A stretch of DNA of 64,000 nucleotides, from positions 35,834-99,833 of the IMG/VR virus record IMGVR_UViG_3300027772_000010. The stretch is one strand, 5' to 3'. Shown in pieces: positions 27,376 through 37,300 of the stretch (the stretch's first letter is position 1; every line of letters begins with the position of its first letter). The DNA is from a virus. The translations under genes were made by a program, and so were the position numbers. The notes under the pieces were generated by a model. That model made no database searches. It saw nothing but the letters and a program-made list of their open reading frames with translations, and was not told the DNA's origin.

Positions 27376-28987
27376 AAATTACTGGTTAAATGAGGAGAGT
27401 AGACTTTATTTAAATAGAGGATACATTACAGAAACTCCTGAAGAAAGAATTAAACACATTTCTTATAGTGCAGAACAAATTCTTAAAATAGAAGGTTTTG
27501 CTGATAAGTTTGAAAATTACATGCAAAGAGGCTTTTATTCTTTATCTACTCCTGTATGGAGTAATTTTGGTAAAACTAAAGGATTACCTATAAGTTGTTA
27601 TGGGTCTAATGTAGATGATTCTCTAGATAGCATTTTAAATGCTGCAAGAGAAATAGGCTTAATGTCTAAATATGGTGGAGGAACATCTGCTTATTTAGGA
27701 AATATTAGATCTAGAGGTACTGTTATATCTACAGGTGGTAAAGCAGATGGTCCAACTCATTATGCTAAAATTTATGATACAGTAATAGATACTTGTAAGC
27801 AAGGAGAATCCAGAAGAGGTGCTTGTGCAATATGGCTTCCTATAGAACATGAGGATATTGAAGAATTTTTAGAAATAGGTAGTGATGGTAATCCTATACA
27901 AAATCTGCAATTTGGTGTTACTATTACAGATGAGTGGTTAAAGTCTATGAAAGAAGGAGACACTCCTAAAAGAAAAATCTGGGCTAAAGTTATTGAGAAA
28001 AGAACTGAGTTTGGGTTTCCTTATTTAATGTTTAAAGATAATGCTAATAATAATTCTCCTTACAAAGAATTAGGATTAGAAATTACTGCAAGTAATCTTT
28101 GTTCCGAAATAATGCTTCCTACAAATAGTTTTGAGTCATTTGTATGTTGTATTGGTTCTATAAACCTACTTCATTGGGATGAAATAAAAGATACAGATGC
28201 TATTGAAACTTATACTTTATTCTTAAATGCTGTAATAAATGAATTTATAGAAAAGTCTTCAGTACTTCCAGGTATGAAAAGAGCCTATAGGTTTGCAAAA
28301 AATCACAGAGCTATTGGTGTAGGAGTTTTAGGGTATCATTCTTTATTACAATCTAAATTAATTGAGTTTGAATCTTTAGAAACTAAGCAATTAAACTATC
28401 AAATATTTAAAACTTTAAAAGAAAGAACTGAATTAGCTAGTCAATCTTTATTTAATACTCATGGATATACTTGTGGTAGAGAAAGTTTTGCAAATACTAC
28501 ATTAATTGCAATTGCTCCTACAAAATCTTCATCTTTTATTTTAGGGCAAGTAAGTATGGGAATAGAGCCTATTAAATCTAATTATTTTATTAAAGATTTA
28601 GCTAAAATTAAAACTGTATATAAAAATCCTTTCTTAGTAACTGAATTAGAAAAGTACAATTTAAATACTAATGAAATTTGGGAAAGCATTTTAAAAAATA
28701 ATGGATCTGTAGAACATTTAGATTTTCCTACAAAAAATGTCTTTAAAACTTTTTTAGAAATTTCTCCTAAAGAAATTATTTTACAAGCAGCTCAAAGACA
28801 AAAATTTATTGACCAGGCTCAATCTTTAAATCTAACAATACATCCTTCTGTACCAGCTAAAGATATTAATCAACTATATTTATATGCTTGGGAAGAAGGC
28901 ATTAAGACTTTATACTATCAATTTAGTGAAAGTAGTGCCCAAAGTTTTGTTAGAAATATTTTAGAGTGTGCTTCTTGTAGTGGGTAA
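27362..28987 (+). CDS. nrdA: Class I ribonucleotide reductase alpha subunit (short, no ATP cone)
   Basis: STPVW, ISC, GGG, SNLCSEI, APTKSSS, KTLYY and a C-terminal CxxC. Confidence 0.93.
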   Translation: MTYSKNYWLNEESRLYLNRGYITETPEERIKHISYSAEQILKIEGFADKFENYMQRGFYSLSTPVWSNFGKTKGLPISCYGSNVDDSLDSILNAAREIGLMSKYGGGTSAYLGNIRSRGTVISTGGKADGPTHYAKIYDTVIDTCKQGESRRGACAIWLPIEHEDIEEFLEIGSDGNPIQNLQFGVTITDEWLKSMKEGDTPKRKIWAKVIEKRTEFGFPYLMFKDNANNNSPYKELGLEITASNLCSEIMLPTNSFESFVCCIGSINLLHWDEIKDTDAIETYTLFLNAVINEFIEKSSVLPGMKRAYRFAKNHRAIGVGVLGYHSLLQSKLIEFESLETKQLNYQIFKTLKERTELASQSLFNTHGYTCGRESFANTTLIAIAPTKSSSFILGQVSMGIEPIKSNYFIKDLAKIKTVYKNPFLVTELEKYNLNTNEIWESILKNNGSVEHLDFPTKNVFKTFLEISPKEIILQAAQRQKFIDQAQSLNLTIHPSVPAKDINQLYLYAWEEGIKTLYYQFSESSAQSFVRNILECASCSG

Positions 28988-29008
28988 TTATAAATAAATA
29001 ATTATAAT

Positions 29009-29449
29009 ATGAAATTAACATTATTAGTTATAGGTATTTTATTATTATTAACCTTAGTCTCAAAAGAAGATTGTCCTTGTAATAGAGTGCATCACCCAAA
29101 AAGATTGGTTCTATTAGATTCTTCCAAAACTTTAGTAGGAAGAGTTAAAAAAGTTGAATCAGATCTTGATGGTGATATACATATTCAATTAAGAATAAAG
29201 AATAAAAGTTTATTATCCAAAAATAACCATAAAGATGAAAATGGGTGTATAGTAGGTGAAATTGTATGTGCTGTCCCATCAATATTTCCAATTTGTTGGT
29301 TTTATAAAAATAAAATTATAATTCCAACAGAAGGAGATAGTATTGAAATTGAAGGACCTTATGTTTTTGATAAAACACATGGTATTACAGAAATACACCC
29401 AATAATGAATTTAAAAATTAAACACAAACACAATGAAAAAATTAACTGA
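29009..29449 (+). CDS. Exported OB-fold-like protein
   Basis: Signal peptide; DGDIHI, GEIVC, G..V.D..HG..EIHP motifs. Confidence 0.55.
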   Translation: MKLTLLVIGILLLLTLVSKEDCPCNRVHHPKRLVLLDSSKTLVGRVKKVESDLDGDIHIQLRIKNKSLLSKNNHKDENGCIVGEIVCAVPSIFPICWFYKNKIIIPTEGDSIEIEGPYVFDKTHGITEIHPIMNLKIKHKHNEKIN

Positions 29450-29594
29450 AGATGATATAAGAGATATATCAATTGTAATAACTGACAAACTTGTAGAATT
29501 AGAATTAATTCCTGATTGTATTGATACTGATAATGAATCTGAATTTGAAGTACAAGATATTATAACTGAAATTCTTACTAAAAAATTAAATTAA
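29433..29594 (+). CDS. Small acidic protein (53 aa, not in the ORF track)
   Basis: Manual translation MKKLTEDDIRDISIVITDKLVELELIPDCIDTDNESEFEVQDIITEILTKKLN; fills the gap exactly. Confidence 0.65.
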   Translation: MKKLTEDDIRDISIVITDKLVELELIPDCIDTDNESEFEVQDIITEILTKKLN

Positions 29595-29599
29595 ATAAA

Positions 29600-29782
29600 A
29601 TGAAAAAAACATTATTTATCCTATTATTATTTATAATAGTATCATGCTCTAAAGATTGCATATACGACAAAGCTCAATTAGATAAAATGTTTGAAAATGA
29701 AGTAAGAGCAGCTGGAAGTAATTGGCAAAAAGTTGATTTAATAATCCAAAAGTATAATATAATGTATAGAAATGCTTGTTAA
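29600..29782 (+). CDS. Small lipoprotein
   Basis: MKKTLFILLLFIIVSC lipobox. Confidence 0.7.
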   Translation: MKKTLFILLLFIIVSCSKDCIYDKAQLDKMFENEVRAAGSNWQKVDLIIQKYNIMYRNAC

Positions 29783-29792
29783 TTTAATTTAA

Positions 29793-30665
29793 ATGGAAAA
29801 ATTTCAAAAAACTAAAACAATATTATGTAAAGATAATGGTAGAAGTGGCGATGCTACTTCTGCCAATTTTATTTTAGGGTGTAGAGACCAAAACAATAAT
29901 CCTTATTGTCAATATTGTTATGTACACAGATTTAATAGACCAGCTGTTTATCTTAATACTAATATAAGTGAAATTTTATTAGCTTGTAATAATTGGGTTA
30001 ATACTAAACCTTTAATTAAAACTCCTAATCAAGTTCATAATAGTTTATACCTTGTAGATATTGGGTGTGATGTAGATATAAATAAATATTGGAATAAATA
30101 TGATTGGAAAAGAGTATTTGATTACTTTAAAGATCATCCAAGAATGGGTGCTACATTTGCAACTAAATGGTACAATCCTTTGTTATTAAATTATGACTCT
30201 AATAAAAAAATTAGAATAAGACATTCTTTAATACCAGAAAATATTAGAACTCAAGTAGAAAAGTCTACAAGTTTAACATTAACTAGAATTAAAGGAGCTC
30301 AAAAATTATTTGAAGCAGGTTGGGAAGTACATTTTAATTTAAGTCCTGTTATTTATTATGACAATTATTTAAATGATTATAAAGAATTATTTAATATAAT
30401 TAACAATGAAGTTAGTCAAGAATTTAAAGACCAATGTGGGTTAGAAATTATATTTTTAACTCATAATGCTAACTTAAATAAAATTAATTTAGAAAGAGGA
30501 TTAAATGAATCTTTATTATGGAATCCAGAAATACAAGAAGAAAAAATAAGTAAGTATGGTGGAAATAATGTTAGATACAAATGGCAATTAAAAGAAAAAT
30601 TAATTAATGAACTTACTCAATTAATTAATGAAGATTTAAAAATAAAAATTAGATATATATTTTAA
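29793..30665 (+). CDS. Spore photoproduct lyase-like radical SAM protein
   Basis: NGRSGD, GC-x8-C-x2-CY, DIGC..D, TFATK, EVH.N.SPVI, FLTHN, NVRY pattern of the SplB-like family. Confidence 0.75.
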   Translation: MEKFQKTKTILCKDNGRSGDATSANFILGCRDQNNNPYCQYCYVHRFNRPAVYLNTNISEILLACNNWVNTKPLIKTPNQVHNSLYLVDIGCDVDINKYWNKYDWKRVFDYFKDHPRMGATFATKWYNPLLLNYDSNKKIRIRHSLIPENIRTQVEKSTSLTLTRIKGAQKLFEAGWEVHFNLSPVIYYDNYLNDYKELFNIINNEVSQEFKDQCGLEIIFLTHNANLNKINLERGLNESLLWNPEIQEEKISKYGGNNVRYKWQLKEKLINELTQLINEDLKIKIRYIF

Positions 30666-30668
30666 AAT

Positions 30669-31304
30669 ATGGCACAATTAAATGCAAATACACCTTATAT
30701 AGAGTGTAAAATTAGAAAAGAATTTATAGGCCTAGAAGAAGACTTACCAGGATTTATATTTGGAGTTAAGTCTGTTATAAACTATCCTATGTTATTTCAT
30801 TTTCAGTCTAATATAGGTGCAATAATGTGGAATATGCCTATATCAGCACTTCAACATAAGGATGATTATGATGTGCTATCTAATAATGAACAAAAAAGAC
30901 TTTCTCTATTAGAAAGTTGGGATTGCCAATCTAGTGCTATATCAGTTACTTGTTTTAAATTTTTACAACATAAAAGAGTAGATGTATTTTGTAGAGATGG
31001 AAAATGGAGAAGTGGTATTTATCATTTTACAATAGATGACTATGAAACTGATCCTAATAGTGTTAATGTAGGATATGCTGAAGATTTAGATAGCAAATGC
31101 TTCCATTTTATTGAAATGGATTGTGGTAATTTTTGTATACAACCTAATAATTTACTAAGATGGCACAATGCAGATTTTATTAAACCTTATAGTAAAGAAA
31201 CTCCCCCTAAAATAAAAATTAATAATCCAAGAATGTCTAGTGAGGATGTAGATATGACTTATGCAAATAGTCCATATTATATTTATAGACCAGAAAATAT
31301 TTAA
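30669..31304 (+). CDS. Conserved phage hypothetical protein
   Basis: LNANTPY, MPISAL, WDC, YHFTID and QPNN motifs recalled from aquatic phages. Confidence 0.7.
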   Translation: MAQLNANTPYIECKIRKEFIGLEEDLPGFIFGVKSVINYPMLFHFQSNIGAIMWNMPISALQHKDDYDVLSNNEQKRLSLLESWDCQSSAISVTCFKFLQHKRVDVFCRDGKWRSGIYHFTIDDYETDPNSVNVGYAEDLDSKCFHFIEMDCGNFCIQPNNLLRWHNADFIKPYSKETPPKIKINNPRMSSEDVDMTYANSPYYIYRPENI

Positions 31305-31311
31305 TATTATT

Positions 31312-31343
31312 AAAAAAGCCACCTTAATTGGTGGCTTTTTTTT
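31312..31343. terminator. Bidirectional intrinsic terminator at the convergence point
   Basis: AAAAAAGCCACC-ttaatt-GGTGGCTTTTTT between converging gene blocks. Confidence 0.9.
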
Positions 31344-34300
31344 TATTTATTTTTATTTTTCATTTCTTCAGATAATTGTTTATATGCTTGTTGTAAAGCT
31401 TCTTTATCTTCTAGGTAGGCTTCCTGTATTTCTTGTTGTTCTTCTTTGTCTTCTTCACTTTTATTAGGATCTCTATCTCCAAATTTATATGATCTATTAT
31501 CAATAGCTTTTTTAGATAATAATTCAATAAATTTTTTACTTTTTCTTTCTTTTAATTTTTCTTTATCTTCTGCAAAAGAAGAAAAACTATTTAAAATTTC
31601 TTTATTTATACCTAATCCTATTAATTTATTTTTTAATAATGTTGATCCATAAATTAACTCAAATTCTTCTGTTTCTTCATTTTTAATTAATTTAGGCTTT
31701 AATAAAGGTAATTCTTCTGCATTATTCATTTCTAGTACTGTTAATAAAAATTCTTTTTTTTCTTCAGTAATATTTTCAAACATTTCTTCTTCATACCCTA
31801 TATCAATTGTTCCTAAAATTTCTTTAATTTGAGATAAAAAAGGTGAAAATTTATAAGCTTCTACAGTAAATTTTTTATAATCTATTCCATAAGCATCATC
31901 AATATCAAAAGGAACATAGTTTAATAGAAAACTAGCTAAAGAATATTCTCCTGTTGCAAGACCCCAATCTTTTAAATTTAATATTTTTTTACCTTCTTCA
32001 TCTTCTTCTTCTTCTGGCCACTCTAAAGATTTTAAAAACCCTAACAATAATATAAGTCCTAAATTTAAAACTCCAAAATTAAGTAATTTGTTAATTGATT
32101 CTACATCTGCAGTTAAACTTAATTTTAATTTTAAATAACCTTGAACTATGTTTAAATAATTTTGATCAATATCAAATTTAGTTAACATATCTAAATCAGC
32201 TTGAGTAAAATTTTCTTTTGTTTTAAATTTTTTATCAATTAAACTTTTAATATAATTAAGTTGTTTATTAAAATTAGGATTATTAGTATCTAAATTAAAT
32301 TCTCCAGATATTTTAAAATTAACATTATCAATTGGTTTATCTTTAATATTTGTTAAATACCAATTTATAGGTAAATTTAATAAAATATTAGAACTTGTTT
32401 TTCTATTTGTATCTTTTCTAAATTTTTCATTATCATTAGCTAATTCTTTTAATTTTTTATTTATTTTACCTTCAGATTGAGTTAAAAAAGAAACTAAACG
32501 ATTTCTTAAAAAATTTAATTCTCTAAAAAATTGTATTTTAGATACATTATTTAAAATTAATAAATTTTGATCTACATCTTTATTAAATTTAGCATCTTTA
32601 TCAATAAATCTATAACCTGAAATAGCCATTCTATCAAAAGCCTTAGTTAAAGAATTTAAAATACCTGTTTCATAACTAGTAAAATTGTTTTTAATTTTTC
32701 TAGACCCTATAGTGGTAGTTAATGAAGATAATATATAATCTTTAAATTGAAATAATATTAATCCTATTCCAGTATTTCTCCAATATGCTTTATTAAAAAT
32801 ATTATACACCCCTTGAGCTTTTTCCATTAAATTGGAAATATCATTTGACATAGTAATATTTAAAAATTCATTTAATTCTACATTAGTTAAAGGATTAATT
32901 CCTAAATTTTTAGGACTAGCTTTTTCAATATTAACATTAGAATCTATATCTAAATTATAATAATTTTTATAAGCTAAATTAGTAGTATTTTTTAAATATA
33001 AATTCTTAGGCAATTTAGTTCTATCTAAAACTATTAAACCATTTTCAATTTTTAAATATTTTTTTAAATTTTTTATAGGCTTTCCATTCTCATCTATAAT
33101 TGGATTACTATTTAAATATTGAAATATTGTATTTTCTTCAATAAACTTTTCACCAATATTGCTAAGCATTTGGGTATTAGTTAAGCTAAATTCCCTTGTT
33201 AAGATAGATTCACTTTCATCAAATTCTGTAAAACCTGTACCTCTATTTTTTCTTAAATTTCTTGAAATATGCTTTATAAGATTATTATTATACTTTGCTA
33301 CATTAGTATCTCTTCCTGTAAACATATTTTTTAATGCGTCAAAAAAAGATAATCTAGTATTTGGGTTAGCAGGATTTCCAAAATTACCTATAAAACTATT
33401 TACAACATTATTTAAGTTAGTACCCATATATAACATTTCAGCATTATGAGCAAACATATTAATAACACTTTTAGCAAAAGTACTAGGATTTGTATGTAAA
33501 AATACTCCAAATTGACCAATAGTTAAGTTTATTATTCCAGATTGTATAACACCTTTTAATAATTTAGATGATATTATTCCTAAAGTAAACCTTAAAGCAC
33601 TTAATGATTTTGTTGGTTTAAAAAATTTATTAAACCAATACCTATCTTTAATTGTATCAATAATATTTGAATTAGTTACACCTGCCCTTGTTTCATTATA
33701 ATCAGCAGTCATTCTAATCCAAGATTCCCATCTTATATTTGTTTCATAATTATATCTAGCTTGAGTAATGCTTTTTTGGTTAGATAAAAAATCTGTAGAT
33801 AATAATAATCTATTATTTCTTTCAACTTCAAAAGGTTTAGGAATTTTATATTCTCCTAATAATAAAATATTATCATTAATTCTATTTTTATTTAGGTTAT
33901 TTTTTATATATTCAATTAAGTTAGAAATTATTTTTTTATAACCTTTTGCAACTTCTTTTTCTAATTCAGCATTATTTTCTATATTTTTTTCTCTTAAATC
34001 TCTGTTAAAAAATTCTGATAAACTTAGTTTCCAAGCATTATATGCTCTTTTTAATAAATTAGATTCTGTATCATTTATTAAAAAAGAAAAAGGTTTGTAA
34101 ATTAAAGTATCTAATGCTCCTATATAAGTAAGATATACCATAACACTAGCTAATGGATTAACTGAAGCTGCCAATGTTAAAGATATAGGAAAAGCCATTC
34201 TAAATATTCTATTATAAAATTCTCTATATTCTTTAGAATTACTTAAAAATGCAGCACTATTATTTATTAATACTCCTCCTAAATCATTAGAAGGCATATT

Positions 34301-37300
34301 ATGTTTTAAATTATCTTGTTTTATTTTTTCAATAACAGTTAATTTTAATGTTGCTATTTCCCTTTCTTTAGGATTATTTGATTGAACAAGTTTTTCTAAA
34401 TTAATATAATCATTGTCTACAAAATTAATTCCTGCTAAAGATTTTTTATCTGATAAATTAAAAAAGTATTCATCACCTAGCATTAAAAAATTAATATTAT
34501 CAATTTTAATTTCACCTTCAATATCTTGTAAATACCCTATATTATTTTTAAAATAATTCATTAATCCTTCTACATAAGCCATTTGATTTGTGTAAACAGG
34601 ATTTTCAAAACCATTTATAGTTTTGGGAACTACTACAAATTTGTCAATTAAAGCAGCTTTCTTATTATCTATAATATTTTGAACAACACTTGCTAGTTGT
34701 GATGCACTAATAGTATTTTCAGTAAAAGCAAATTTATTATTAAAATAAGGTAAAGATTTTTTATTAAAATTTAAATTTGCTAAATTATTTTCTAATTGAA
34801 ATATATAATCATTTTTATATTTTTGTAATATATTTTGATTATTATTAGATAATAAATTATTTTGTTCACTTAATTTTAAAGTATATAATGTTTCATACCC
34901 ATTAATATAATTATTTAAAAATAAAAATAAACTTTTTGATATTTTTTTATTAATATATAATTGAGTAATATTATCTTTTATTGCATTTGGCGAATTATAT
35001 TTTTTATTAATAATAGATTTTAATATTTTAGGATCTTTATTTTCTACTTCCTCTAATATAACATTTTGATTTATAATAGTTGCTAAATTATCCTTAACAA
35101 TTTTTTGAGATAAAGTTTTTCTAAATACTTTAAAATTATATTTTTGTAATAACTTAAATGTAAGTTTACCTTTTTCATCTTTTGCTGAAACCCATGTTTC
35201 ATTAAATTCACCTAATTGATTTAATTTTTCTTGAAATAAATTATATTCATGGACATCTTTTGCTGAAGCCATTAATGCAAATTGCCTTAAAACTGCATTA
35301 GCATTGTCAACAGATCTTAAATAAACATCTTTTTGGAAAGTTAAAGGCATTATATTTTCTTTAAAAGAAGATATATTAAATTCTCCTGTAATAAGATCTT
35401 TAACTGTACCTAAAGGAGACATATCATTATTTACATCTTCTTGTTTTTTAACATTAGGAGTTAAATTTGTTTGTGTTAATTCTAAAAAGTTTTTTTGATC
35501 TTGAGTATTTAAAGTTTTAAAAGTTACATCTAATAATTTTTGAGAAAGATCTTGATAAACTCCTTTTATAGTTCCAAGTTTTGCATCTCTATATGTAGCT
35601 TTTGTTAATTTTAATGCTTCTGAAAATATTTTATTTTCATTAGAATCAGGTAAAGTATCTATAATTTTATTATAATCTGATAAAGATTGAAAAGTATTAT
35701 TAAATCCTTTAAAATTCCATTCAATTAAAGTAATTAATGAATTTAAATTTTGTAAAGTTGTAATAGCTGCAGCTACATATTGTAAATGGTTAGCTCTATC
35801 TTCTTGAGTTTGAGTTTCTTGTTGTTCTTTTGTTAAGTTATTAAAATTTTTCTTCTCTAAATCTTCTAAAATACCACTTTTTTCAAAATTATTTAAAGAT
35901 TGTTCAACTTTTTGTATCTCTAATAAAGACATTTGTATATAATTAATAATTCTATCAGAATTATCAATATTTGAATCTTTTTCTGTAATTATATCAATTA
36001 AAGTATCAATACTTTTAATTAAATCAGTTTGTTTATTTTCAATAAACCTTTGTCTTTGGTTTTTTAAGTTTTGTAAAATATTGCTTAATATTTCATCTGT
36101 AGAAGAATTAAATACTTTTTCATCATTAGAAGTTGTAAATTTTAAACTGTATAATTCATCAAAAGTTATATTAGCTTCAGAAAAATTAGTATCAAAATTT
36201 TCTGTAAAAAATAAATGATTAATATTATCTACACTTCTTTGAAAAGCTTTTCTATACTCTGGATTAAAAAAGTTATTAATGTAGTTTAAAATTGAAGTAA
36301 TAAGACTTTTTAAAGATAAAGGTACATTTTCTGTAACTCCTAATAAACTATTAGCTACAACCTTACCCATTATTTCTTCCTCAGTTTTATCTACATCTCC
36401 ATTATAAACTTCTAAGTAAGACTCATAATAAAGTTGATATTCAGGAGTTCTACTAATATAATTTTTTAAATTAACATACTCAGGACTTGTTTTAGGTAAC
36501 ATAGCTACCATAAAGTGAGCTACTTCTTCTGTTAATGCAGCCTCATCTCCTTCTAAATATTTAATAGTTTTATTTGCTAAATTAGCTACACCATTATAAC
36601 TTAATGTTTTATTATTAGCTAAAACATATCTATCTTGGTATTGATTAATTTGCTCAATAGTAATTCCAAATTTTTCTGCAAAGTTATTAATAATTCTTTT
36701 AACTTCTTTTTGCCTATATTTATTAAATTCTTCTGGATTGTTTTGAGAAAATATTTCAAAGAATTTATCTTTACTGACATTTGGTAATATTAAAGAATAT
36801 AAAATTTGTTTGTCAAACTCTTCAGTAGTTTCTGCATCTTTATTTCTTAAAGATTCAAACTCATTAAATTGTTCTTCAATAGAATTAGGAATTAAATCAG
36901 GTTTAATGGTCAAAAAAGGTAAATTTTCATAAGGAATAAACCTATTATAATCCCAAATATCTTTATATCTAGCAAATTCTATTTTAGCTTTAAAAATATC
37001 TTTCCAATTAGAAATTCTAACATTATTTTTTATTAAAGGATCTTTTTGATTATAACTTTCATAAGTAAAAAAATCAATTACTTTTCCTTGTACACCTGTA
37101 ATTATTTCTTCTTTTTGATTAGAATTAGGTTGTTTTTTTAAATTATAAGTACCTACAATATTATTATTTTTATCAACTACATTATAACTAGTTATAATAT
37201 TAAAGTTAGATTCTATAACTAAATTACTAATTTTAAATCCTTCTGGAACTATAAGCCATGTATCAGTTATGTATTCCTCTCCATAAATATCTCTAATTTT

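Noticed and set aside
17233-28987. Group I introns or inteins in polA, helicase or nrdA/nrdB
   Set aside because: The ORFs are continuous, of normal or short length, and have no splice motifs
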